This document shows positions 1-16,500 of a stretch of 64,000 nt of DNA, piece after piece. Each line of letters begins with the position of its first letter. The stretch's first letter is position 1. The stretch spans positions 63,366,001-63,430,000 of the forward strand of contig OZ076409.1 of assembly GCA_964187785.1 (NCBI GenBank), in the 5' to 3' direction. Position numbers and translations under genes: made by a program. Below the pieces are notes generated by a model. The model made no database searches and was not told the DNA's origin. It worked only from the letters and a program-made list of their open reading frames with translations. The DNA is from Amphiscolops sp. MND2022. Taxonomy: Eukaryota.

Positions 1-1150
1 TGTGAATTTCGGTGTCAATTTGAGACATTTTCATTTAGAAAAATGCAATAAACTCGTCAAAATGGTTACTGGACAACCAACGTTTTCCTTGTTGACCCCT
101 TAAAATATTCCAATCCACGAAGTCTCCAAAATTTGACGAAAAATGCGTAGAATCTTTGAAAAATGGAAAATTTAGGGACTTTTGTCATTTTCGGTGTCAG
201 TTTGAGACTTTTTTCAAATTAAAAACAGCCATTATCTTTTCGAAAACGCCTACTGGACAACAAACGTGTACCATGTTGATCGTTTTCAACAACCTAGTCC
301 ACGAATTCTATCGAAACTTTAACAAAAAAGGCATAAAACATTACTTTGAAAGTTGGAAAATTTTGTGTTTTTTGTCAATTTCGGTGTCACTTTGAGACAT
401 TTTCATTTAGAAAAATGCAATAAACTCTTACAAATGGTCACTGGACAACCAACGTTTTCCTTGTTGACACCTTAAAACATTCCAATCCACGAAGTCTCCA
501 AAATTTGACGAGAAATGCGTAGAAACTTTGAAAAATGGAAAATTTAGGGACTTTTGTCATTTTCGGTGTGAATTTGAGACTTTTTTCAGTGAAAAAACAG
601 CCATTATCTCTTCGGAAACGCCTACTGGACAACAAACCTTGTACCATGTTGATCGTTCTCAACATTCTAGTCCACGAATTCTATCGAAAATTTGACAAAA
701 ACTGCTTAAAAACGTTAAAAATCTGGAAATTTTTGGTTTTCTTTGTCAATTTTGGGTCTTTTTCTTTCCAAAAAACCGCATTTATCTCTTCATAAACGAC
801 TACTGGACAACGAGTTTTTGTCTTTGTGAATCTTTTCAACATTCTAATTCACGACATTTATCGTAAACTCGACAAAAATTGCATTAAAACGTAAAAAAAT
901 GCAAATTTTCTTTTTTTGGGGTCATTTTTAAGTTATTTTGGGGTCATTCTGGGGTCCTTGGGGTCAACTAAAAAAGTCCGGAAATCTCCACAAATACAAT
1001 TCGCACGAAGCTAAATTTATGTGAGCTGAATTCTATGTGTGAAACCCTTTAGCTTTGATATAAATAAATTCTTGGCAAATTTTGTAAAAAAAAAAAACCC
1101 GTTCGATTTAAATATTTTCCATTCCCATATGAAATATGGGCGGAAAATAA
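1..1150 (+). repeat. Dispersed repeat family with internal ~185-bp tandem units (372-bp dimer), terminal portion
   Basis: Motif TTTCGGTGT.A.TTTGAGA recurs at 7, 189, 379 and 561 (spacing 182/190/182). Alternate units are near-identical. The terminal segment ~990-1150 aligns by eye with ~15420-15575. Confidence 0.75.
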
Positions 1151-1898
1151 TAAAACGCAGAACACTATGGTTTTGAACACAATAGAGAAGGAAGAGCTAT
1201 TGCATGAACTGAACTAGTTTTGATGCCACACTTAGGCTTTCGATTTAGTCAGAAAACTTAGTTTTGGTGTTAACGACCAGGCGCATCATTTTTGTGATTT
1301 TTCTCTAGTCCAAATCACACCGAAGGCATCAAAAGAACAAAGGGAACTTTGAACATTAAACTGCAAAGACCCAAACACAATGTCGCAGCCTCATGGTTGC
1401 TCTAGACCTGCTGTGCAAGAGTGAAAAAGAGAACAACTGATGCAGCCCAAAGAGATAAAACTTGCCTTAAGAAAACTTTGCAAACTGTATAAACCCCCAT
1501 TTCATGTCTCATTATTTGTTCCGGCTTTGGATTTATGTCATGTAAATATTTGATTTTGTATTTTTTTCTTATTGATGTGCAAACGGTGACAGCAAAATGA
1601 GATACATTTATCATAAGTGCTTTTTTGATTCTTTATCTTTAATCATAACCCAATCTGATGACACATTTTGGTGAATTCGAATTGTTTCGATGAATGGAAA
1701 TTGGTATCAGATTAATACGTGGCTTTTCTGAACATTAGACATCCGTCACTGTACGGAATTGTGAAAACGAATATACTTCATTGTGCTGTTTTCAAATATT
1801 CATTATGCGGTAATATGCGGAAATTTCCAGCCGTATATGCGGAAAATTGTTACCGCTTATACGGCATTATGCGGAAATCAGTAATTTCCTTCATACAG

Positions 1899-2992
1899 TG
1901 AGATAGTGCTATTTATACGTCACCATGCCGAAAATCGACGGCGCACATGCGTAAACATACGTTTACCCATATTATTCCTAATACGGTGCTATACCAGTGT
2001 TGTGGAGTAGAGATGCGTGATTATGCGGAAAAATAAGAGCGCATATGCGCTATTGTGCGGATTTCCAGGGTTTTACTGTGGTTGTAGAATAATAGTTTCT
2101 GCTCGTCATGCAATGTATATTTGGAGCTATAAATATGATTAGGGCATATGACGTAATTCTTTTTATATATTTTGGGGACCATGACACCCATAATTATGAG
2201 TGTAACCCCTGTCATTTTTCTCGAGACTTAAAAGTTTAGAACTCAATCATTTTTTGAAAAATCCACCGGCAAGAGCGGTTGTTTGATAACATACACCCAA
2301 TTACTGTAAAAGCAGTTTTCGCAATCAACCTCTGATCTATCTTTTCAACTTGTTTTCACAAAACCTTTTGAATAAATTCAAATTCTTCCCCAGCAAACCT
2401 AACGCATTTTCACTTGAGAACAATGGGAAATAAGAGAAACAGGAGATCTAGAAGGTAGGAAACACCATCACCTGACCGAGATTTGAGTGAGGCACAAGTA
2501 GAAACACCAATGCAAGGTAATGAAACTTTAACTAATGTTAGTACTGTTATTCAGGAACCTTTAGGTGAAAACGAAAGCAGATCTAATCTAATAGAACCTA
2601 GCCAAATTAGTAACGAGATCCAAGTTTGGACAGAAAACTCTGAACAAAAGAACAATGACAGGATATTAAAAACGAGAGAGGAGATGGAAAACAAGTTTGA
2701 TGCAATTTTGAAAGAAATAAGGACGAACAAAACAACGTCAACAATAACAAATCCCAGGTCTGAAATTGACGGAATACAAAACTCTCAACCCTCGGGATCC
2801 AAAAGTATTAGGTCTAATGGAGTTCACGCATCAAATATAGAAAACTCCGATACAGAAGAGGAGGATGATCATCCCCTAAGGGCCTAGGAAATGCATGAAC
2901 TTATGAATCCTGCTAGACCAATTCATCAAAGAGTACCAAACATAAATGAAAGACCGTTTCAAACGAGGACTCCGAGGGGGAGGATTATCACA
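1899..2992 (+). mobile_element. Possible solo LTR or truncated 5' part of an LTR retrotransposon, with a disrupted ORF (MGNKRNRRSRR*ETPSPD...)
   Basis: ATG at 2423 is in frame with ORF 2483-2887 through one stop. The product is basic, then coiled-coil-like, then acidic, as in gag N-termini. Imperfect terminal inverted motif TGAGATA...TATCACA; flanks TACAG/CACAA match only 3/5. Confidence 0.3.
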
Positions 2993-3299
2993 CACAAAAC
3001 TAGGAAAACTTGGAAAATTCAAATGCAAAAACGACCCGAAAAGGAAAGAAAGTTCTCGCAAAATAGTTTCAGTCTTTATGGGTGACTTATGGAATTAAGC
3101 GCCACTATGATAGAGTCATGGAAAAAAGTTTTCGTAATGGATGAACAAGTTTTCACGGTTTCAATATCTTTCAGTTTTTTATTTCCGCAATAACTTCCGC
3201 CAGAATATTTTTCATAACATTGAAAAACACCACTTGATTCAGAAAATATTCTCTGATTTAGACGCACTAATTTCGATATCCAATCAACTTATACAACTT

Positions 3300-4220
3300 T
3301 GATTCGCCTCGAATCGTTCGAGCAATTCGAGACCTAGCGATCGAAATGTACAGATCCAACTATAAATGGGACAGCATTTTGAGACAAATGAGTATTTCAA
3401 ATGGCGGATACAGCATGTGATCCAGAAACTGAAAGCTGGCTTCTCGTCCAGGGATAGGCATCGATCAGGACGTCCCAGGAAGGTGACAAAACGAAGTGAA
3501 AGGCGAATTATCAGAGAAGCAAGGCAAACCCCTTTCTCACCTCCTCTGAACTGTGTAATCACTTTAATGAAATAGCTTCGAGGACCACAAGGAATGTTCT
3601 CATCAGAAAGGGGCTTCACGGCAGAAATGCAGCCCCCAAGCCTAAGTTGATGCCAAAACATGTTGTGACAAGATTGATGTTTTGCGAGTCAAACATTGAC
3701 TGGACTATTTCAGACTGGGTAAGCGTTTTTTTCACCGATGAATGAAGTTAGAACTGAGTCCTCGACCTAGACAATACAAAACACCAAAAGGATTACGACA
3801 CAATTGCAGTTATTGCTCGAAAATTACAAAATTTTCAAAACCTTTCTTCGTTTGGGAAGGTATTAGAAGCGATGATTTGAAGTACTTGGTCATTTGCGAA
3901 TCATCGATAAATGCCGCTGAACATCAATATATTTTGACGGAAGCACTTCCTATCTTGTATACAGACACAAGTTGTCTATTCCAGCAAGACGACGCTAGTT
4001 GTCACACCAAAAAACCGTCAATGCATTTTTTGACCAAAATGGTGACCTAGGGAACTACGTGGCCCATAGTCCTGATTTATCAAGTATTGAGATCGTAACG
4101 AAGTTGTTGGAAGATCGCACATACAATAGACACCCAACAACAATACATGAAATGATTGCCGTGACTTATTTTATAGAGAAGTTTTTCCCAGTTGTCGAAA
4201 CGTATATAATCTTTCACTAA
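3300..4220 (+). pseudogene. Tc1/mariner-family (DD34E-like) transposase remnant
   Basis: Frameshifted pieces carry Tc1 hallmarks: RSGRPRKVT..SERRIIR (HTH linker), VFFTDE (~3725-3742), FQQDDASCH and SPDLSSIE (cf. SPDLNPIE). Second D to E spacing is ~101 nt. Confidence 0.85.
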
Positions 4221-4639
4221 CGCTGGTGGTAGAACCAGCTCTCATTTGTTTCATTTTTATTTTATTTAATTTACCAAACAAAAAGTTTGAAACGATTTTG
4301 TTGCGGTCATTTGTAAATTCTATTTTCACTACGAAAACATCTTTCCACGTTTTAGTAACTTTTGGAGTATTTTTTCAGTTCAGTCAAAGCGATTTTAAAA
4401 TGTCTTAGTCAAAATTGTCAACCTATCCGTTACTTTTTATTGTTTTTTTTGTTTTGAACGAATTGAGGGTTTTTCAATGCGCAATTTTGGTTTTCCAAAG
4501 GAATCCACTTTTGATTGTTTTAAAAAGTTCAATTAAAATTAATCGTTTTCAGCCAAAAAGAGTCCTCTTTTTGGCGTCTGGCTTCTGAGACTTTTGAAGT
4601 ACTTTTGTCAGTTGGAAAAGAACAATGAGAAATGTTATA

Positions 4640-5800
4640 GCTGTTGTGTATAGGACTTACTAGAAAAAATTCATTCTGGAAACTAACTTTCAAATTTCAA
4701 GCCAAATTGAAATTCCATTAAAAATACATCATATGCAAATTACTTTCGTCATATCTATTTTGACGTTGTGCACGTTGTCCATTAGAAAAGAGCATCAAAT
4801 TGGCACGGAAACTGACGAAAGTTCGAAAGTTTCCAATGTTTAGGGTTTGTATGCAAGTTTTGTCAAATTTCCCATAGACTTTAATCCAATAGAATTTAAA
4901 ATGATCAACCAGGAAAATATCGTTGTCCAATTATTTTTCTGAAGTAATGAAGGTAGTTATTTATGAGATAAAGATTTCAAAATGACACCGTAAAAGACAA
5001 AATTCCAAAATTCCTTGATTTCCATAGTTCTAATGCATTTTGCGTCAAAAACATTGCAGGTACTTCGTAGATTAGAATGATAAAAACATTCAAAAAGGAT
5101 TTGGTGGTCGAGAAACCGTTGTCAAATGCTTCGAATGGACACGGAAAACGTCAAAAAATCTAAAACTACCAATTTTTGTCGTTTTTCATGCAATTTGTGT
5201 AAAATATTTGAGAAATGTTATGTGTTAGAGGGTTCAAACCGTTCACAAACGAACGAACTAGCTATGCAAGACGTTTTTTGGAGAGAAATTCGCAGCGTTT
5301 TGCTTCACAAACACCTCAGAATGACCCAATTGTGTCGAAAAAGAGAAAAATTCCTTTTTCAACGTTTCCATGCAATTTTTGTGAAGCTGTTGAAACCTTA
5401 CGGAGACTACAATGTTAAAATGTTCAACAATCATTGCAAATGATATCCAGTTTTTTGAAGATTTATTCGCAGGTTTGTGCTTCGAAAAAGCCTCAAATTG
5501 ACCCCTAACATGTCGAAGTTTTCGAAATTACCCATTTTTTGACAATTCAAGTGATTGTTTGTAATCGATCAAAATGACCCAAAAAAGTCGAAAGTCCAAA
5601 ATTTTTCTGAACTTGAAAGTTTTCTTTGTAATTTAAAGATTTTTCATAAAATCTCGTTTGTTAGAAGAATCAAAACTTTCAGCAGCAAACACATTTGTCT
5701 TACAGTAGGCTTCCCGAAAGCTAAGTTTCACGTTAGAAAAGCGCCTCAAAATGACCCCAAAAGAGAAGAAAAAAGTATCTGAAGAAAAATCAAACTTTTC
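4640..5800 (-). repeat. Degenerate reverse-oriented copy of the ~185-bp-unit repeat family
   Basis: Recurrent AAATGACCC/AAATGACACCG motifs, the reverse complement of the unit motif at 1-950, at similar spacing. Confidence 0.5.
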
Positions 5801-7729
5801 CATATTCGTACGTTAGGGACTTTTCGCGCAAAAATATAATAATTTAGTAGGTTAGGAACAAGTATGCACACAGGTTGACAACAAAATTACACAATTAGTT
5901 TCTTGAAGTAAGTGTTTCCTTTTGAACACTATGCCTTTTGATAATGCATTGGCTACTCTTGATCCTCAAAATTATGTAGCAGAAGTTCGGACGGAAAATA
6001 TCCCGCGGTTCTGTGGGCGTCTCAAGAAATGTTCACCCTCACTGAATAGGGTTTTCAGATCTGTGAAGGCATTTTAGTTGAGTTTATTGTTACTTTTTCT
6101 ATTCTGTAGGTGTTCTATTTTCTGAAGCTGCTTTGTAACAGTATACGGAAAGTTGAGAAGTGCCTCTTGTTTAAATGTACATTATGGTTTCACCAAACAA
6201 CAACGAATGGAAGTCATTCAATACAACTTCAGGCAAGTATATTTCAATCCACAATAAATGTGGTCTGCGACTTCGTCCCAGGCTAGCCATTCAGTAATTT
6301 TTTTCTCCGAGCAAGTATTTAACTAACAGCCCTGTAATTAGTCTGATTCGACACTTCCTGTACGAGTTTGACAATACTATGATTTGACAGTTTGTGATCA
6401 AACATGGCTCAATTTTTATATCCAATCATTTGGCTGGGACTAAAGCGCTGAATTGCCGTATACAAAAAAGTAAATTGCTACTTAATCTACTTACTCTGGA
6501 TGGATTTTACGCGCAAAAAGGGTAATTTTCATCAATATTTGTTCTTTGTTGAAATTTGTGAAATGAATCAGTCCAAGGAGTAACGTTCCCCTTTTCCTGC
6601 GTTAACAAGCCATTTCAGCTTTCAGGGTCTTGAAAATGCGGGAATTAAAAACAAAATCACAAGGACTTGACATTCCGACCGGAAGTTGAAGCTCGCTTCC
6701 ATCCTGCAAACGTAATCAAACAGAAATTCTCAAGTCTTTAACAAAGCAGCTGATGCACGACGAGTGGAATAAGGAGTGAAGTATTCACGCGGTGTTTTCT
6801 TCGCGCGCGCTACCAGCGAGGAGTAAGATTGCATGTAGCAGGAGTCGGATGTCAAAGCTTTGAAGTTAATTTCGTCAAAAATTCAAACGTTTGAAGTTCT
6901 TTTGAAACAAAAAGCGGGGACCTTTTTGTCTCGTCTAAATTTGCGAACAAGAAAGTTAAGAGCAGGACTCAACCTCCGGCACGCATTCCAAACACTTTCG
7001 AGGGGAAGTCTGTTCAAACAGTGACTATTCCGTGTGAAGCTTGTTCTGACGAAATTCCCGCCATAAAAAGAATCGACTAAAATAGGCGAATCAGTTGAGA
7101 TTCAAGATAAGAGTTTGGAATAAAAAATGTCAACAAACCGCGCTACATTTTTTCACCATGCACTGCTTAGGTGATACGCAATCTGAACCCGCCATAGAAA
7201 CTCAAAATGAATCTTTCGATGAAAGTTTCCAGCTGTATGTCATGAGAAAACGACTCAGACGTGTTTGTTGATGGTTTGAGATTCGCTTCTGAGGACATTG
7301 CTGAGTATCTTGTCACAAACATGAATACCGAGAACTCAAATTGGACGGTCCAAACGGTTCACAAGTTTAACTCCCATATTTTCAGACATTTTTGGGGCTA
7401 TTTTTGTTGAAATTATTCCAGTATTGCTCTTTGAAAAAAAACAGCAGGGAGATTGAATTTCTAGATAATTTTTGATTACATAAAATGAAACATAACAAGA
7501 AAAATCAATAAGTATGGGTCAAGTTCAGAAATCAAGTCCGAAAGTTTAAGTGTTAATACCGACGATTCCTTTCGCAAAGCCTTCAGAAAACTTTCTTGCA
7601 TTATCAGCATTTGCTTTGATTTAATTGAAACATCCAAGAGTTATGCAATAACTACACAAAGGGTTTCACAAACTTCCAACTGCACTCTCGACACTATCAT
7701 GTCTTTTATTTAGTAGCACGCAGCTCATG

Positions 7730-10313
<2,584 letters not shown>

Positions 10314-10546
10314 GCAGCGAGATCTGAAATTATCATCTTCATTACAAAAAGATGGAAAACGAAACTCATTATAAAACGCGATGGTTCTAGTTCGTGGTTA
10401 CGAATGAATTCAGAACATCATAAATGACCATCAAAGTCAAGTTGCAGAGGATTTAGGCAACCTTTCATAAACGTTTTGTATATTTGTCCTACGTTTTTTG
10501 TAAGATCAAAGGAAGAATATTGAAGCAAAAATTTCAATTTATATGT

Positions 10547-13500
10547 TTACTCAGAAGAAACAGATTCCAAATATTTGATAACCAAATCTTTCGATAACTG
10601 TCTCATTGCACGGTCGTTGCAGAGGTAAGACTGTTTAGTGAGTCCGTTTTCAGTCAAAAACTTCTGATAATCAACCCATATTTCTACACAAGAGGATCCA
10701 ATCAATCTGCAAAAATGTTCGTAGAGCCACTTGACTTTCTCTGCAGTCAGCCATTTGCAATTGGACAGAACCATGGTCATGAATGTGTAGTCCACAGGGG
10801 GCAAAGCCAGAACTCTTTGCATTTCGTTCCATTTGACTTTTTGCGACTCTTGGCTTGATATGATTAATTGGATGGCTATGGTTTTCACGGTGAGTTTACA
10901 CTTGGTACAAGACAGCTTGGCTGAAGTCATCAGATCCAAAACAAATGATTTCCACCTTAAACAGAATTAAAAAAGTTAAAGGGTGCAGAGTATAGGTGCA
11001 CCATATACGAAAATTTCCATCCGGCCGGACAACCGGACAGAACTGAGTGAAACCAGATACCGTCCGGATTGGACATCATCCTCAACTATAAGCGATGACA
11101 GACTGTTTTTAGAATTGAGCTATGGGTATAACGAAAAGCGACTTAAACTAGGGGGGAAATCTTGCTATATTTTCGTCAACATCGAAATGCTGAAAATTTT
11201 TGCATTGTCGAGAAATGATGGTTCAAAAGTCGCAATAAATGTATGAGTGTCGAATTTCCAAAACCATTTTCCATTTTTTAAAATCCGATTTCTTTAGACA
11301 GTGGTCTCAATTAAAAGTTGACTATCTTTAGATTCAGGTTGGGCTGAAGTTTGAGACTGTGTTTATAGGAGAGGAAAACGAAACAGACCTTTACCACAGA
11401 ACGATGAAAAACTATGTTTCCTTCACCATAACGTGATGAATTTTGATTCACGGTTACAAATTCAATTTTTTTGATACCCATACACTTTTTTAGGTTAGAT
11501 ATTCCGATTATACTCAGATAATATACCGGACAGGACATTCTCCTGAAAAAAATATATAAAGCCATAAGGTGCAAAGAAATGATAAAATTTAGGCTCACCG
11601 ATTTTCTCTATCGCTTCAGGATCATTACAAAAAAATTCGTGGACAATTTTCCGCCCCTGAAGACACAGAAATGATCACAAAAAAAAACAGAAATTGGAGA
11701 GGCAAACTGCTTTTGCACACGATCGAGGTTCCTGTTTTCTTGACGTTTGGTTTCTTGCCAAAGGAAGGTGCTGCTAGACAAAAAGTTGTCTCAAAATTAA
11801 AACATCTTAAAAATTGGCTCAAATCAAATCATTCTACAGGGACTATTTTTCAATAAGGATACTTCCAAAGAAATTGAGTAGAAAATTAAGGAAAATGTCG
11901 TTGAAAATTGTCAAAATTCGACACTTTTGCAGTTATTGCCACTTTCGCACCATCATTTCTCAAACAGAAAAGCAAACAGCGAAAATCGGCCCCGCTCAAA
12001 TGATTCTGAACATAGCTGGTTATCCTTCAGAAATACATTGTCAGGAAAATTGAAAGAAATCTGATAACAAGACGCCCGCTGAGCAGCGAGACATTTTCCG
12101 CCCCAAACTGTTCTACAACGACATGAATTTGAGGCTCAATAATAGCCAATGCACTATGAAAATGCAAAGAAGTTCGAAGAAAAGAGTTGTGATTCATCTT
12201 AGCCCCTTTTAGAGCAAACACCTAATTTATAAAAACGCTAAATACCTATTTGTTTCGTTGTTGAACTATGTGAATACCAGTACCTAACATACCAAATTAT
12301 CAGTCGGCGATTTTCGTCAGGAAAGAGCGGCTGTAGTCATGGCTTTTCGTTAACACCGGATCTACCAAAAGTTCTTCAACGTTTCAAGTAACTTCTCACT
12401 GCCATTTGACCTAGCCTAGGTCAAATGGCAGTGAGAAGTTACTTGAAACGTTGAAGAACTTTTGCGCTGAGTGGTTGTTGCGGATTTCAGGCAGTGATAA
12501 AAGCAAGGGTTCGAGTCTCGCACTCAACGAAAAAAGTTTTTATGTTGGAAAAGTAGGGGAAGACAAATGGTCCCCCTTTACAACTTTTTCGGCCCTATGC
12601 GAAATTTTTCACACTTTTTTGCAAACATAAACTCCCTCGTATTCAGCGGAAACCACAGCGTTTTGCAAGCATAGCGGGCCACCTTTTTTCGGCACTATGC
12701 GACTTAGAGTTTAGAAATAACTTGAAAATTTTTTTGAAAACAATTTGTTCAGCTTATTTTTGCACTTTTAGGTTTTTGAGGGTTTCGGTAAGGGAAATAT
12801 GTTTCCCCTAGTCTTGAGGGTGACCTCTTTGTTGATACTCGATCCTGTGCAACTGATGAGTTTTCTGAGTGATTGTGAACCTCTTTTCAGCTTCTTTCGC
12901 CTGTGTGCGTTTTTCCGAAAATCATCTGGTCGAAGGGTACCTCACTTTCGAAGCTGATTAATTTGAGAAAAGTAGTTTTGCGAACTGAAACTTTGTTTCG
13001 GCAATATGGGACTTTTCCGAAAAATTCTAAAAAGGATTGTTTCCGGTTGAAAAAAAAGTGGTTTCCTAGTTTCAGGCGCATTTATTGGGGTAAATTTGGG
13101 AAATGAAAATCCGGGTAAAAGTTTAAAACTAGTGTCCTTTGTAAGTTTAGGAAACTAGAGCGGGGCGCCAAATTGGGCCGGTCTCAGCTTGTTGTATTAT
13201 TGCACACAACGTCACGACAAGTGTCGAAAAATGGAAAAATGATACTTTCGACAACTTTGGGGTCCATTTGACTAACTTTTAGATTATGAAACTACAGATG
13301 TCTCTACTAAAACGCCTAATGGAAACCGAGTTTAGTTGTTGAATATTTACATCATTCTAACCCACGAAAAAGGTCGAAATTTTTACGAAAAAATAGCAAC
13401 AAAACCTCACAAATTTCACAATTTGTTTGGTCATACTCAAGTTTTTTCCTACGTGGGGAACTGCCAAAATAATTTTCTTCGGAAGGCGTACTCCTTGCAC

Positions 13501-16500
13501 ATTGATTTTCTTGGGAGCATTTTAAATATTAAATATTTGACAAAAGTGTCGTTGCCGAGTAAAGTTTTTCGGAAGTTGTGCTAATAAACTTGTCCGATAT
13601 CTTTTCGAAACACTACCGCTCGCTCCAAGTTTTAGCCCTGATCCTATAGGCTTTCTGGTAGATGTAAACTTTGAGAAATGGCCCAAAATTGAGACTATGT
13701 TGTCGAAAAATAAAGTTAGTTCCACGAAGTTGACAACAGAGGTGGCAAAATTTGCCACCTCTGTTGTCAACTTCGTGGAACTTTGTCCCACTTTCTTTCA
13801 CAAATTGCGTTTTGAATACCCTTATGTTTCAACGTCCAGATCAATAGATGTTCCAATCTACAAAAATTTTTTAGTTTCAACAAAAATTAGGATTATTGTG
13901 TCAAAAATACGTTTTTTTGTCGTTTTAATTTTTGGGTGCTTCTGAAGCCAATTCCAACGACAAATTGCAGTTACATCTTCAAAACCGCCTACTGCATACC
14001 AAAAATAGTTGCTTCAGGGAGTTTTTTTGAACCTTTTTTTTCAAGGAAGTGACTCAAAAATTGAACAGAAAAGTCCATAAAAACGCAGAACACTTGAAAA
14101 TTGAGTTTTTCCCATATTTTAGGTCATTCTGAGGAAACGTTCATGCTCGAAAAGTGCAAAATTCTCTTTGAAAAGCAAGCTGAGAACCTAGTTATACCAC
14201 CTGGGGCTTTTCGAAGCTTTCATCTTGTCAAAAGTTTCAAATCTGAAATAAAAAATCACTGAAAATGTCAGAAATCAGCAAAAACATTGACATTTTCGAC
14301 TTTTCCGGGCAATTTTGAGCCATTTTCGAACCGAAGTCTGCAAATATTTCCTCAAAAAGCTCACTGAATTTCGATTTCAGTCGTTGTTGAACGTTTTCCA
14401 ACATTCTGACTCCAGAAGCATTCAGAAAGTACACATAAGTTGCATAAAAACGTGAAGTTGAAATATTTCGACTCATTTGGAGTCTTCTGCAGTGAGTCAT
14501 TTGAAGCAAAACACAGCAACGTTCTCTTCAAAAAAAAGTAATGCATAGCTCGTTTTTTCGTTGTTGATTGTGTTGGAACCTATAGCGATATATCGCTGAA
14601 ATTGTACAGAAATTGCATCAAAAACAACATAACTTGAAAGTTTCGGTTTTTTCGACAATTTCTAGGTCAATTTGATAAATTTTTTCATTACATTGTTTCA
14701 ATCTCTAAATGAAAACCTTGTGAAACAACGAATTCTTTCATTTTCCAACAGTTTCAACATTCTTATCCCCGAAGTCTTGCGAAAGTCCGACGAAAAAGGA
14801 ATGAAAATGGTGAAAAATTTTGGAAAAGTTGTCTTTTGCGGTGTCAATCTGAGACATTATGCATTTGAAAAACAGTATTTATCTCTTCACTAAGCGTACT
14901 CGAGAACACACGTTTTCCTTTAGGAACTTTTCGACATTCGAATCCATGAATTCTGTCGAAAATTGTGGAAAAATTGCATGAAAACTTCGAAAGTTGAAAA
15001 TTTTTTGTCATTTTCAGTGTCAATTTGAGATATTTCTCATTGGACAAACCGCAATCATTTCCTTTCGTTGTTGATTGTTTTCAACATCCTAATCCACGGC
15101 CTCTATCGAAATTTTGATTAAAATTCTATAAAAAAGTTAAACATCAAGAAATTTTCAACTTTTTAAGATTTTTAGTCATTTTGGGTTACTTCCCATTCAA
15201 AAAACTGCATTTATCGCTTCATAAAAGACTACTGGGCAGCAAATTCTTGCCTTGTTGAACGTTTCCAATATTCTAATCCACGATGTCTATCGAAAACTCG
15301 ACAAAAAATGCATAAAAACGTTAAAATCCGGAAATTTTGGAATTTTTGTCATTTTCGGGGTGATTTTAGCGTCATTATGGGGTCATTTTCGTCATTCCCA
15401 AAAAGTCTAAAAATCTCTACAAATACATATCACACGAATCTAGATTTATGTGAGTTGAATTCTTTGGGTGACACCCTTCAATTTGAATATAAATTTGGTG
15501 CTTGGCAAATTTTGTATAAAAAACCAGTTTGATTCAAATATTTTTCTTTCCCATACGGAACATTGGCAGAAAATAGAACAAGACGAGAACGTCTAAAGTC
15601 AGAGCTATATCTAAGGCTCAAAATGCACAAAACAATTTTCTTTGAAAAAAAACGAAATTTTTGAAATATTTTTCGTTCGGAAAATGTCGCATAGTGCCGA
15701 AAAATGCAAAAGGGGGACCCTTTGGGATTTATTAACATACATTCTGTTGGAAAATATCAAAAAACTCGAAGGGGGACCCTTTCGAGACATTCAAAAAATT
15801 TCGGAAAAAACGTCGTCGAAAAGGGGACCCTTTGCACTAAGTTTGCATTGGTCAGACTTGGCCTTAGTGGTTTCAGGAGTTTCTGTAAAGAGTGGACCGA
15901 TCAGTGTGAGTTTGAAGAAAAAAATGTCACTGTAACAGTCGTGCATTTCTCCTTAAAAGGAAAATGCGCCGACTAAAAACCATTTCATAACAGTATGAAC
16001 TTTTCGCCATTTTGAAGGGAAAATGACAAAAGAATGTTCTATATCAAATACTCCTCCGAAAAACATGTCTCGGTCGTAGAAATGGACTCCCCATTGCCTC
16101 TACACCAGTTCAGTTGGAAGAGCTGGAAGTCAAAAAACGTACGGACATAACAGTAACCCTAAAAAGTATGCCCAAGTTCATAAAAAGCTTCCAAAAATAC
16201 TTGGCCATGAACTAACCACTGAGCTTGGGTTTCAGTCAGCTGTGGAGAGTTCAACACAAGGTTCCAAAAATCAAGAGAGTTCAAAAGGTCAACGTTTTGC
16301 TTCATTGACGTGAGAAACGATTTGGGTATCTCGTTAGAATTCGCCAAGAACACTTCCAACTTGAAAACGACAAAAGAAGTACAGTTCGGGCTCAAATCCA
16401 AACACTTGGCCAACATTTCTTCGCATCGGGGCAAATCCTGCAGCAACATAACCCTCAAAAACTTTAAACAAACAATTTCTTCGATTGTTCCGTGTTCGAA

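Noticed and set aside
1..950. CRISPR-like regularly spaced motifs
   Set aside because: The whole ~185-bp unit repeats, with no unique spacers and no cas genes, in a eukaryotic context.
5840..7420. Possible fifth minus-strand gene or decayed coding sequence downstream of the helicase
   Set aside because: The frames I examined are interrupted by stops and show no recognisable motif.
12465..12530. tRNA gene or tRNA-derived SINE head (GGTTCGAGTC B-box)
   Set aside because: No convincing cloverleaf or intact A-box could be built.
13522..13945. Overlapping ORFs on both strands sharing SSTKLTTEVA
   Set aside because: Artefact of the palindrome at 13718-13782.
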